From an uncultured Acetatifactor sp. (lineage in GTDB: Bacteria; Bacillota; Clostridia; Lachnospirales; Lachnospiraceae): a stretch of DNA of 64,000 bases. Made by a program: the position numbers and the translations under genes. Shown one piece after another: positions 1-8,849 of the stretch (positions within the stretch are counted from its first letter, which is position 1; every line of letters begins with the position of its first letter). The notes under the pieces were generated by a model that saw only the letters and a list, made by a program, of their open reading frames with translations, had not been told where the DNA came from and did not search any database. The stretch covers positions 774-64,773 of the forward strand of contig CANPXL010000012.1 of the NCBI GenBank assembly GCA_947586055.1. Reading direction: 5' to 3'.

Positions 1-1168
1 CCACCCCGATGACCTTCCCTGCCACAGGCGCCATCAGCTGGGCGATGGTGCCTGTCCCGCTGTAAAGATCATAAACGACCTTGTCGGGCCGCAGATCCGC
101 GCCCCTTCCGAGATCGCCCACATACTCTCTCGCCGTCTCGTAAAGCACTTCCGCGCTGTAGGAATTGGTCTGAAAAAAAGAAAACACAGAAATTTTGAAA
201 CGAAGCCCCAAAAGTTCCTCATAAAAATAATCCCGGCCGTAAAGCGTCTCCGTCCGGTCGCTCTGCACCACATCCGCCTGAGAATCGTTGACAATATGTA
301 AAATCCCCGCGAAGCGGCCGGAAAGCTTCCCCTCCCGCTCCAGCGAAAGCAGGCAGTCCCGAAATCCCTCGAGCAGCTCTTCTTCCCCGCCCGCGGGATT
401 TTGCCGCATATCCCGCCCCGTCCGGTCGTCCGCTGCGCCGTTTCTTCCGTCCGGGTTCGCCGTTTCGCCGCGCTCTCCGGTTCCGTCCCCGCTCCCGGAG
501 ACCTCCTGCGACGTAGTTACAACCGCCGCCAGGATCTCCCCCGTCCCGGATGCCTTTCTCACAAGCAGATGCCGTAAATACCCCCGGTGGGTCAGCTTGT
601 GAAAGTAGCCCGCGCCCCGGGCGGCAAAATACGCCAGCGCCGTCTGAAGGATCTGCCGGTAATCCCCGTCCACGATCCGGCAGTCTCCCACGGTTACCAC
701 ATCGTAAAAGCTCCCCCTCTTATGCATGCCAAGGGCCAGCGGGCCGTCCTTTACCTCGTCGCCGAAAGAAAACTCCATCTTGTTCCGGTACTCATAGACT
801 GCGGGACTTCCCTTGATCCCTTCCCAGATCCACTCCTGCTCCTGCCGGGCCAGCGCGCCCTCCAGCAGCCGTCTGACCTGCCCTTCTTTTATCCTGAGCT
901 GTTCCTCGTAGGGAAGGGACAGATAGGTACATCCTCCACACACGCCAAAATGAGAACACGGCAGGCCCGTTTCCAAAGGCGATTTTTCCATCACCTCCAG
1001 CAGACGGCCTTCCGCCTTCCCTTTTCTCACCTTGCTGACATTAAACTTTATGATCTGTCCGGGCAGGCTGTTCTTCACGATGACGGTGCCTTCCCCGGTC
1101 TGCACGACCCCTTTGTTGGGAAAATCCACCCTCTCGACTCTGGCTTCAAATACCTGTCCCTTTTTCAT
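1..1168 (-). CDS. rlmD: 23S rRNA (uracil-1939-C5)-methyltransferase RlmD/RumA, 3' end beyond window
   Basis: Manual translation from ATG at 1168: MKKGQVFEARVERVDFPNKG (TRAM-like), CSHFGVCGGC Fe-S motif, YRNKMEFSF, FFQTNS, VYDLYSGTGTI SAM motif; open to position 1. Absent from the ORF track because it has no stop in the window. Confidence 0.93.
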   Translation of the reverse strand, partial: MKKGQVFEARVERVDFPNKGVVQTGEGTVIVKNSLPGQIIKFNVSKVRKGKAEGRLLEVMEKSPLETGLPCSHFGVCGGCTYLSLPYEEQLRIKEGQVRRLLEGALARQEQEWIWEGIKGSPAVYEYRNKMEFSFGDEVKDGPLALGMHKRGSFYDVVTVGDCRIVDGDYRQILQTALAYFAARGAGYFHKLTHRGYLRHLLVRKASGTGEILAAVVTTSQEVSGSGDGTGERGETANPDGRNGAADDRTGRDMRQNPAGGEEELLEGFRDCLLSLEREGKLSGRFAGILHIVNDSQADVVQSDRTETLYGRDYFYEELLGLRFKISVFSFFQTNSYSAEVLYETAREYVGDLGRGADLRPDKVVYDLYSGTGTIAQLMAPVAGKVIGV

Positions 1169-1172
1169 TTAT

Positions 1173-1436
1173 TCAGTTTTCTCCTTCGTCCACGAAGAAA
1201 TCGTCTTCTTCCGCGTCCTCATCCTCAAACTCGTCTTCAAACTCATCGTCCATATCGTCCAGATAGTCAGGATGCAGATAGCGATATACGGCGTACGCGA
1301 TTCCCGCCACCGCAGCGATGGCGCCGATCACCGCCAGCACGCACAGCGCGACGTTGCACTTTTTCTTCTCTTCTTCCTTCCTGTTCAGGAACTCGTTGGC
1401 CTTTACCAGGTCGATCAGGTTCTCAAGCTTATTCAT
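1173..1436 (-). CDS. small single-TM protein with acidic tail (DUF4366-like)
   Basis: MNKLENLIDLVK..., one hydrophobic helix, D/E-rich C-terminus; GGAGGT RBS upstream of ATG 1436; TATAAT at 1477-1482 on the minus strand. Confidence 0.75.
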   Translation of the reverse strand: MNKLENLIDLVKANEFLNRKEEEKKKCNVALCVLAVIGAIAAVAGIAYAVYRYLHPDYLDDMDDEFEDEFEDEDAEEDDFFVDEGEN

Positions 1437-1507
1437 AGGGATACCTCCATCTTTGACAGCACCGCTGTCGCTTTCTATTATAGAATACCACATCCGCCGT
1501 TAAATTA

Positions 1508-3784
1508 CTACACTCTTTTCAATTTTGCAAAAGCCGCGTACATAATCTTCTGTCCGGCCCGGTCGAAATTCACCGTCACTTTATAATCTCTGGGCTCCCG
1601 CTCCACCAGAAGCACGGTTCCCTCCCCGTATTTTACATGCGTCACGCGGTCCCCCGCGGCGTATTCCAGCGTCTGGGGCGCCTGCGTCTGCATTCCCTTT
1701 GAGATTCCGGCCATCCGGTTCAGGCTGCCGATCTCCTGTGCGATATAAGGCTTTTCCGCCTTCGGGGTAACCCGGGGACGGACAATAGCCTTCGGCCGAA
1801 AATCAAAGACCGCTTCCCTGTTCGGAAGAAATCCGTCCTGCCTGCGGCGTTCGGGCGCGTTCCCGTCCAAAAGCTGCGCCGGGATCTCTCTCACAAACCG
1901 GCTGACGGCGTTGTACTGCGTCTCGCCCCGGATCATGCGCATTTTGGCGCAGGTCAGGGTCAGATTCTTCATCGCTCTCGTCATCCCCACGTACGCAAGC
2001 CTGCGCTCTTCCTCCATATCCTCCCTGTCGTCGGATGTGATCGTCAGATAGCCGGGAAAGAGACCGTCCTCCATTCCCGCGAGATATACGTTGGGAAATT
2101 CCAGCCCCTTTGCGGAATGCAGCGTCATCAGAAGAACCCTGTCGTCGTTTTCGTCCACGCTGTCGATATCCGCCACCAGCGCAACCTCCGCCAGAAATTC
2201 CGTGAGGGTCGGTTCCTCATGGGTCTCCTGATAAACCACAGCCTTTGAGATCAGTTCGTCCACATTTTCGATCCTGTCCTCGGAATCGTTGTCGTCATAA
2301 TCCTGCAGGTAACCGCTGTATCCGATCCTGTCCACGATCTCGCGGATCAGCTCCGCGACGGTCCGTTCCCCCTTGCGCTGTCTCAGGCTCTCGATCAGCT
2401 GTACGAAAGGACGGATCTTCGCCCCGGCCTTTCCCAGCCCCATGATGTCGTCCGCTCTGGTCATGGCGTCGTAAAGACTGATATCCAGCATCTGGGCGTA
2501 GTCCTCCAGCTTTTCCATCGTCGCCGCGCCGATGCCGCGCCGGGGCACGTTGATGATCCGCCGGAGCGCCACCTCGTCCCGGCCGTTGTCCACGGTCTTT
2601 AAATACGCCAGAATATCCTTGACTTCCATTCTCGAGTAGAAGTTTGTGCCGCCCACCACATTGTAGGGAATCCCCTCGAGGATCATCCGCTCCTCCAGGA
2701 GGCGCGCCTGCGCGTTGGTGCGGTAGAGCACGGCGCTGTCGCTGTACTTTTCCCCCTCCCGTTTCACTCTTTCCCCAATGTCGTCGGCGATAAACTCCGC
2801 CTCTTCATAAGCGGTATCGAACTGGCGCAGCCGGATTTTGTTTCCCGCCCCCCTGTCGGTCCAAAGGACTTTTTCCTTTCTCCCCGTATTGTTACCGATC
2901 ACCGCGTTGGCGGCGTCCAGGATCGACTGGGTGGAACGGTAATTCTGTTCCAGCTTGATGACAGCCGTCTCCGGAAAATATTGCTCGAAATCAAGAATGT
3001 TCCGGATATTCGCCCCCCGGAAACGGTAAATGGACTGATCGTCGTCTCCCACCACGCAGAGATTCCGGTATTTGTCCGCCAGAAGGCGGATCAGCTCAAA
3101 CTGTGCCAGATTGGTGTCCTGATACTCGTCCACCATGATGTACCGGAACCGTTCCTGATAGGACGCCAGCACTTCCGGGCAGCTCTTAAACAGTTCTACC
3201 GTCTTAACGATAATATCGTCAAAATCCAGCGCGTTGCTCTTCTGAAGGATCTCCTGATACTCCCTGTATACCCCGGCGTAAACGGCCTTGCCGTAATCTC
3301 CCGCGGCGTCCAGCTCGTATTCTCTTACGCCGATCAGCTTGTCCTTGGCGGAGGATATGGCGTTTAAAAAAGAGCGCTCCCTGTAAACCTTGGTATCAAT
3401 GTTCCGGCTCTTACAGATCCCCTTGATCACGGTCTTCTGATCGTCGGTGTCATACACGGTAAAATCGTTCCCAAAACCGATCCGGTCTATGTATCTGCGC
3501 AGGATCCGCATACAGGCGGAGTGAAAGGTGGAGACCCAGACCTGATCCGCGCCGAAGCCTACCAGACTGTCCACCCGTTCCCGCATTTCGCCCGCGGCCT
3601 TATTGGTAAAAGTGATAGCCAGAATGTTCCAGGGATGTACCCCCATCTCGCCGATCAGATAAGCGATCCTGTGGGTCAGGGCCCTCGTCTTTCCGCTGCC
3701 CGCTCCCGCCAGGATCAGAAGAGGTCCTTCCGTCGTCATGACCGCCTGCTTTTGTTCTCTGTTTAAGGTATCGTATAGACTCAT
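1508..3784 (-). CDS. pcrA: ATP-dependent DNA helicase PcrA/UvrD
   Basis: AGAGSGKT Walker A, VDEYQD, LEQNYRST, EERRLAYVGMTRA, C-terminal Tudor-like domain. Confidence 0.97.
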   Translation of the reverse strand: MSLYDTLNREQKQAVMTTEGPLLILAGAGSGKTRALTHRIAYLIGEMGVHPWNILAITFTNKAAGEMRERVDSLVGFGADQVWVSTFHSACMRILRRYIDRIGFGNDFTVYDTDDQKTVIKGICKSRNIDTKVYRERSFLNAISSAKDKLIGVREYELDAAGDYGKAVYAGVYREYQEILQKSNALDFDDIIVKTVELFKSCPEVLASYQERFRYIMVDEYQDTNLAQFELIRLLADKYRNLCVVGDDDQSIYRFRGANIRNILDFEQYFPETAVIKLEQNYRSTQSILDAANAVIGNNTGRKEKVLWTDRGAGNKIRLRQFDTAYEEAEFIADDIGERVKREGEKYSDSAVLYRTNAQARLLEERMILEGIPYNVVGGTNFYSRMEVKDILAYLKTVDNGRDEVALRRIINVPRRGIGAATMEKLEDYAQMLDISLYDAMTRADDIMGLGKAGAKIRPFVQLIESLRQRKGERTVAELIREIVDRIGYSGYLQDYDDNDSEDRIENVDELISKAVVYQETHEEPTLTEFLAEVALVADIDSVDENDDRVLLMTLHSAKGLEFPNVYLAGMEDGLFPGYLTITSDDREDMEEERRLAYVGMTRAMKNLTLTCAKMRMIRGETQYNAVSRFVREIPAQLLDGNAPERRRQDGFLPNREAVFDFRPKAIVRPRVTPKAEKPYIAQEIGSLNRMAGISKGMQTQAPQTLEYAAGDRVTHVKYGEGTVLLVEREPRDYKVTVNFDRAGQKIMYAAFAKLKRV

Positions 3785-3788
3785 GGGT

Positions 3789-4541
3789 TCAATTTACCTC
3801 TGACACGTCGCTGAAGTTCCAGGTTCTGATATTAAACTCTACAAGAGGGGAATCACAGTAAGGGCAGATCTTCGCCCCCAGCTCGGGAAGGGGCGCGCCG
3901 CAGTTGGGGCAGTTTGCGGCAAGTCCGGCGTCCGCCGTATTTTCCGCAATCTCTCTGTCCTGAATGTAGATCACCTCCACATCATACCGGGTCTGATGCA
4001 GCCCGGCGCCGGTTCTTTCCGGGGTCCGGCCGCCCTGCTCCCGCGGCCGTTCGTACTGGACGGCGGACTGGAAGACAATGCTGCAGCGTCCCTTTTCCCT
4101 TCGGTATGTCCTGATCTCCGTCCTGTGGATCCTGATATTGTCGAAATGTTCCTCTTCCCCGGCGTCGCGCAGCATTTCTATCCGCATCTTAAGCTTCGTT
4201 TTCAGCTCTTCGGTGCCTTCCGCAAGCAGCGCGGGATCCGCCCTGTCCACGCTGCGCAGGAAGGAAGTCAGCACATTTTCGGCCCGCCGCTTCATCTCGT
4301 CGTAATGAAAATCCGGAAAGTCCCGCATGATGCGGGGCAGGTAGATGCTGGTGGCTCCGGAGACGGATTTCGGCGTCGTCTCGCTCTCCAGCTCCGCGCT
4401 CCGCAGTCCCTGCATGATATCTTCCGTGCCAAACGCTATATGGGAAAACTCCCTGACCTTTTTTCTGACTCTTCGGTAGGCGTAATACCCCGTCCCCATA
4501 ACGGCCAGAAGCAGCGTCAGCGCAATAATAACACCCGTCAT
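3789..4541 (-). CDS. membrane-anchored protein with possible Tim44-like domain and C-terminal zinc ribbon
   Basis: N-terminal TM helix; CPNCG...CPYC; directly downstream of the SPFH gene. Confidence 0.7.
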   Translation of the reverse strand: MTGVIIALTLLLAVMGTGYYAYRRVRKKVREFSHIAFGTEDIMQGLRSAELESETTPKSVSGATSIYLPRIMRDFPDFHYDEMKRRAENVLTSFLRSVDRADPALLAEGTEELKTKLKMRIEMLRDAGEEEHFDNIRIHRTEIRTYRREKGRCSIVFQSAVQYERPREQGGRTPERTGAGLHQTRYDVEVIYIQDREIAENTADAGLAANCPNCGAPLPELGAKICPYCDSPLVEFNIRTWNFSDVSEVN

Positions 4542-4558
4542 CTTAATTTCGTCTCTCT

Positions 4559-5914
4559 TCAGATCCTGTCGTTGTCGTCAAAAACATCACCGCACTCAGG
4601 GCAGAACTTCGGCGGATGCGCCGGATCCTCCGGCTCCCAGCCGCACTTGTCGCACCGGTACATCGGAGCGCCCTCCGGCCTCTTCCTTCCGCACTCCTGA
4701 CAGAATTTCCCCTGATTCACATGGCCGCAGGAGCAGGTCCAGCCGTCCAGAGCCGGCTTGGGCAGTCCGCACTCTTCGCAGAATTTCCCCCTGTTGTCGC
4801 TTTTCCCGCAGGCGCAGGTCCAGCCCAGGACGGCGCCCTCCGCCACGGTGCCGGCGGGTTTCATGGCCGGTGCCGGCTGCGCCTGGCCCGGGGTGCCGAA
4901 CATGCCGCCCATGCCGTTGTTCATCATATTCTGCATCATGGCCATTCCCATCATGCCCATTGCGCCGTTCATGGCGGAAGCGTTTTCCCCGTCGCCGCCG
5001 TTTCCCATGTTTTCCAGCGCCCTGGTGTAGGCTTCCGTCTGTCTCGCAGCCGCCATATTGGCGTTGGTGAGAACCGCCGTGTCGTTCCACTTGTTGATCC
5101 TGTCCAGATCCTCCTTGGGAACGATAGGCGCGGCCATGGTCATGGACACCACTTCGATGCCTCTGGTCTGGGTCCACTGCTCGCTCAGCTCTTCCTTGAG
5201 GTATCCGGTTATCTCTTCTATATGCACGGGCACCTGATAGGGAAGCACACCCTGGGCTGCGATCTGGGAGAGCGCTATCGGCAGCTTGGTCAAAAGTTCC
5301 GCTTTCATCGTGCCGGAAAGGGTATCGTTCTTGTCGTAGGACCCCTCCACATTCCCCGCCACATTGCTATAGAACAGAATGGGATCCACGATCTTGTAGG
5401 TATACTGTCCGTTGCACTTCACCGTGGTCTCCAGCTCAAAGCCGGTGTTGGCCGCGACGAAATGGAAGGAGATGGGAGTTGGTGTGCCGTAGAGATTGTT
5501 CATGATCTCCTTGGTATTGATGTAGTACACCCTCTGATCCCTGGCCGTGTTTCCGGCGAAGGAGATTCTCCTGCCCAGAAGGGAGAATGATTTTTTCAGG
5601 TTTTCGCCCAGACTTCCGTACAGAAGAGATGCTTCCGAGGAAGCGTCATAGCGGAACTCGCCCGGCTCCGCACAGAATTCCGTGATTTTCCCCTGATCCA
5701 CAATGACCATGCACTGGCCCACGTTTACAGAGACGATGGAGCCGTTGGAGATGATGTTGTCGTTTCCGTTATTGCTGTTGCGCCCCTTCGTTATCTTTTT
5801 CTCGCCCTTTGCCATCAGCGTGTTGCTGTCAAGCGAGGTGCAGTAGAAATACTCGAGATACTGGTCGGCCATCAGGCCGCCGATGGCATCCTTTGCCGCT
5901 TTGATCAAGCCCAT
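4559..5914 (-). CDS. SPFH (band 7)-domain protein with three C-terminal zinc-ribbon-like motifs
   Basis: YdjI-like SPFH N-terminus (VNVGQCMVIVDQGKI, QRVYYINTKE); Met/Gly-rich linker; WTCACG...FCEECG, WTCSCG...FCQECG, CDKCG...FCPECG. Confidence 0.85.
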   Translation of the reverse strand: MGLIKAAKDAIGGLMADQYLEYFYCTSLDSNTLMAKGEKKITKGRNSNNGNDNIISNGSIVSVNVGQCMVIVDQGKITEFCAEPGEFRYDASSEASLLYGSLGENLKKSFSLLGRRISFAGNTARDQRVYYINTKEIMNNLYGTPTPISFHFVAANTGFELETTVKCNGQYTYKIVDPILFYSNVAGNVEGSYDKNDTLSGTMKAELLTKLPIALSQIAAQGVLPYQVPVHIEEITGYLKEELSEQWTQTRGIEVVSMTMAAPIVPKEDLDRINKWNDTAVLTNANMAAARQTEAYTRALENMGNGGDGENASAMNGAMGMMGMAMMQNMMNNGMGGMFGTPGQAQPAPAMKPAGTVAEGAVLGWTCACGKSDNRGKFCEECGLPKPALDGWTCSCGHVNQGKFCQECGRKRPEGAPMYRCDKCGWEPEDPAHPPKFCPECGDVFDDNDRI

Positions 5915-5968
5915 TTTTCTTCCTCCGTTTTCGGTTACTGTCGTTTTCAGAGTCGTTACATTGTTTTT

Positions 5969-5997
5969 ATTGTACCAAATCCTGCGGATTTTCTCAA
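5969..5997 (-). promoter_or_regulatory. sigma-A promoter of the SPFH operon
   Basis: TTGAGA-17 bp-TACAAT with TG extension. Confidence 0.7.
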
Positions 5998-6042
5998 TAC
6001 TTTTATCCGGCCGATTCCGTCGCCGGCTGGACGGAGGCGCGC

Positions 6043-6083
6043 AAAAAACCGCCCGCGGGCTGCGTTCCCACAGCCGCGGACGG
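6043..6083 (-). terminator. intrinsic terminator after NMT1-like gene
   Basis: GC-rich imperfect stem 6049-6083 followed by a T6 tract on the minus strand. Confidence 0.55.
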
Positions 6084-6106
6084 CGCCGTACTCTCCCAGG
6101 TGATCC

Positions 6107-7120
6107 TTATTTTGCCGCTTTCCCGGCAAATTCCGTGTTCACAAGTTTTTCGTAGGGCACTTTTTTCTCCAGCACCCCGGCGTCCAGAAGAATATTCTGC
6201 AGAAGGTCAAACGAGCTCTCTTCAAAAATCAGGTCTTTCTTCCAGGTATCCTGCTCATAGTAGCGCGTCACAATGGCGCTCAGCGTTTCCAGATCCGTCT
6301 CTTCAAACTGCGGCGCGATCACCTTCGCGATCTCCTCCGGCGTGTGGGACTGCACATAGTCCATTCCCTTCTGAAGCGCGTTGGTAAAGGCCTGCACGGT
6401 TTCCGGATTGTCCTCCAGATAACTTTTTCTGGCGGAAAAAGCGGTGTATGGCACATAGCCGGAATCCTCGCCGAGGGATGCCACCACATAGCCTTTCCCC
6501 TGCTGTTCCAGGGATGTGGCGTGGGGCTCAAACTCCACCGTAAACTCCCCCTGACCGCCCGCAAAAGCGGCGGCGGTGGAGCCGAAATCAATGCTCTGGT
6601 CAATATTGACGTCGCCGGGGTCGATCCCGTTCATCTCCAGAATATATTCAAACACCATCTCGGGCATACCGCCCGCTCTGCCGCCCAGCACATCTCTGCC
6701 GACCAGCATTTTCCAGGAAAAGTTTTCCATGGGTTCTCTGGCTACAAGAAAGTTTCCGGCGCGCTGGGTCAGCTGCGCAAAGTTCACCACATAGTCCTCG
6801 GTTCCGCCCGCGTAAGTATAAACCGTGCTCTCGCTTCCCATGAAGCCGATATCCGCTTCTCCCGTGAGCACCGCGGTCATCGTCTTATCCGCGCCGAAGC
6901 CCGTCACAAGGCTGAGCTCGATTCCCTCATCCTCAAAGTACCCCTCTTCTATCGCTACATACATCGGCGCATAGAAAACGGAATGCGCCACCTCGTTCAA
7001 CACGACCTTTTTATTGCCCGACTGCGTCTTTCCTTTCCCGCCGCAGCCCGTCGCCGCGCCAAGCAGCAGAAGTGCCCCAAGGCAGAACGCTCCGGCTTTC
7101 TTCAGATTCCGTCTTTTCAT
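6107..7120 (-). CDS. ABC transporter substrate-binding lipoprotein, NMT1/THI5-like
   Basis: Lipobox-like LLGAATGC; AHSVFYAPMYVAIEEGYF; GGRAGGMP. Confidence 0.85.
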   Translation of the reverse strand: MKRRNLKKAGAFCLGALLLLGAATGCGGKGKTQSGNKKVVLNEVAHSVFYAPMYVAIEEGYFEDEGIELSLVTGFGADKTMTAVLTGEADIGFMGSESTVYTYAGGTEDYVVNFAQLTQRAGNFLVAREPMENFSWKMLVGRDVLGGRAGGMPEMVFEYILEMNGIDPGDVNIDQSIDFGSTAAAFAGGQGEFTVEFEPHATSLEQQGKGYVVASLGEDSGYVPYTAFSARKSYLEDNPETVQAFTNALQKGMDYVQSHTPEEIAKVIAPQFEETDLETLSAIVTRYYEQDTWKKDLIFEESSFDLLQNILLDAGVLEKKVPYEKLVNTEFAGKAAK

Positions 7121-7193
7121 ATAAGACCTCCCATATCCATGATGCTCTATTATATGAGGGTCCGTTCGGAAAAGTTCCGGAGCGCTTCCTGTT

Positions 7194-7841
7194 TTACGTT
7201 TCTTCCTGTTTTTCCTGTTTTTCCTGCTTCTTCTGCTTTTCCCCTTCGGAAGGCTCCTCCAGCTCGTCCACCATTTTCTCTATCAGCAGCTTTTTGACAT
7301 ATACGTCAAAGCTCAGGGTGCAGATAAAGGCAAATTTCCGCAGAAAATCCCTGCTCTCCCCGGGCGCATCCTCAAACGTCCCCGCTGCTGCGGCGAATTT
7401 CTGCGTGACGTCGGCCTTCAGCGCCTCGATCTGCGCCTTCTCCAGACTGAACGCTTCCCTGTATACGCTCTCCAGATTAAAATTTCCGTCGCTCTGGAAA
7501 AACCGCTCCGTGATCGGGCGCAGCAGCTTCTGGATATCCCCGATGGACAGAATGCCCTTGTAATAATAGATAAAGATCAGAAGCAGCACATGCTCCTTGG
7601 AATATTTCTTTTTCACCGGCGGCGGAAGCAGATCGTTCTTCGCATAATTGTTGATCATGGTCTTTGTCAGCACCTTGTCTTCCCCCGGGCGCCGGACGGA
7701 AGCGCGCAGCCCGTTGTCCATAAAGGTCGTCACCTGATCCATATAGAGATCGATCCCCGGGATATCCTCCGGCTTGATATGCTGAATCCTGTCCAGGCTG
7801 GCAAGAATACTGTTCAGAAGATCGTTGCTGTCAATCGTCAT
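7194..7841 (-). CDS. DUF1836 family protein (probable DNA-binding)
   Basis: IPGIDLYMDQVTTF...LTKTMINNYAKNDLLPPPVKKKYS signature. Confidence 0.85.
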   Translation of the reverse strand: MTIDSNDLLNSILASLDRIQHIKPEDIPGIDLYMDQVTTFMDNGLRASVRRPGEDKVLTKTMINNYAKNDLLPPPVKKKYSKEHVLLLIFIYYYKGILSIGDIQKLLRPITERFFQSDGNFNLESVYREAFSLEKAQIEALKADVTQKFAAAAGTFEDAPGESRDFLRKFAFICTLSFDVYVKKLLIEKMVDELEEPSEGEKQKKQEKQEKQEET

Positions 7842-7876
7842 ACGTTCATCCGCCTTTCGCGTGTCTTAACAAGTTC

Positions 7877-7905
7877 ATTATATAGTATTCAAAACTACAT
7901 GACAA
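7877..7905 (-). promoter_or_regulatory. sigma-A promoter of DUF1836 gene
   Basis: TTGTCA-17 bp-TATAAT. Confidence 0.7.
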
Positions 7906-7934
7906 CAAATATTTCAGATTTTCCGGTTTTTCGG

Positions 7935-7963
7935 TTTACTTTCAGATTTCAGTATGTTAAAAT
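7935..7963 (+). promoter_or_regulatory. sigma-A promoter of yerC-like gene (divergent)
   Basis: TTTACT-17 bp-TAAAAT with TG extension. Confidence 0.65.
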
Positions 7964-7976
7964 TCCTCTAGTAAAG

Positions 7977-7999
7977 CTGTAAAATTTTACAGTGTAAAA
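7977..7999. promoter_or_regulatory. candidate operator: overlapping palindromes
   Basis: Perfect 16-bp palindrome CTGTAAAATTTTACAG (7977-7992) overlapping TTTTAC-AGT-GTAAAA (7985-7999), just downstream of the -10. Confidence 0.5.
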
Positions 8000-8022
8000 G
8001 TGTTTGGGGAGGTATCTGCAAG

Positions 8023-8316
8023 ATGAACAGAAAAATCAAGACCGAGGCGGTAGACGCCCTTTTTGATGCCATTCTGTGTCTGAAATCAAGAGAAGAGTGC
8101 TATCGTTTTTTTGAAGATCTGTGTACCGTCAACGAACTGCTGTCTCTGTCCCAGCGCTTTGAAGTCGCGGCCATGCTGAAACAAAAGAAAACCTATCTGG
8201 AAATTGCCGAAAAGACCGGCGCCTCCACCGCTACCATCAGCCGCGTAAACCGCTCCCTCAACTACGGTAACGATGGATATGAAATGGTTCTCGAGCGCCT
8301 GTCCCGGCTTTCCTAA
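8023..8316 (+). CDS. YerC/YecD family TrpR-like transcriptional regulator
   Basis: FFEDLCTVNEL...QRFEVAAML...TYLEIAEKTGASTATISRVNRSLNYG; GGAGG RBS. Confidence 0.9.
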   Translation: MNRKIKTEAVDALFDAILCLKSREECYRFFEDLCTVNELLSLSQRFEVAAMLKQKKTYLEIAEKTGASTATISRVNRSLNYGNDGYEMVLERLSRLS

Positions 8317-8828
8317 TTCTGATCCGGCTCCTTGCTGTCCTCGGAGAGCTCATCGGCCCGGTTTGCGGCTTCCACTTCCTTCAGGGCTTCTTCGATCGCT
8401 TCCTTCGCCGATTTCTTTCCGGCCCTTATCGCCCTTGAGACGGGTCTGGACCGTTTCCCGGACACATCCTGGTTCATGTTGCAGTTCCCGTGAAAGACGG
8501 CGTTCTCGTCGATGACGATAACCGCGGTGGAAATGTTTCCGATCAGTCTGGCGGTAGCGGTCAGCTCCGTTTTCTCCGTCACGGTCACATCGCCCGTGAT
8601 CTCGCCCCCTATCACGACGGACTGCGCCTCCACGTTGCCCCGGACGGATCCGGCGGCGCCGACGATCAGGGTTCCCGTCACCCTTACGTCTCCGTTGACC
8701 TCCCCGTCGATCCTGACGGAGCCCTCCGCGCTGAAATCGCCCTCGCACACCGCGCCCCTGCCGATAATCGTCGTAATTACAATTTCGTTCTTCATACTTT
8801 TCCTCACCTTCCGCCGCCGAGCGGCCAA
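8313..8828 (-). CDS. bactofilin (polymer-forming cytoskeletal protein, CcmA-like)
   Basis: TTIIGRGAVCEGDF...VRIDGEVNGDV...VVIGGEITGDV...LIGNI...VIDENAVFHGNCNM beta-helix pattern; start is TTG 8828 or ATG 8795. Confidence 0.9.
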   Translation of the reverse strand: MAARRRKVRKSMKNEIVITTIIGRGAVCEGDFSAEGSVRIDGEVNGDVRVTGTLIVGAAGSVRGNVEAQSVVIGGEITGDVTVTEKTELTATARLIGNISTAVIVIDENAVFHGNCNMNQDVSGKRSRPVSRAIRAGKKSAKEAIEEALKEVEAANRADELSEDSKEPDQN

Positions 8829-8849
8829 ACATACACCTGAAATCCGCGG

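Noticed and set aside
8350-8832. ATG-TTT-GGC-CGC (MFGR) as a frameshifted bactofilin membrane-targeting start
   Set aside because: Its SD is only 1 nt from the ATG, while in-frame TTG 8828 and ATG 8795 both have properly spaced SDs, so no frameshift is needed.
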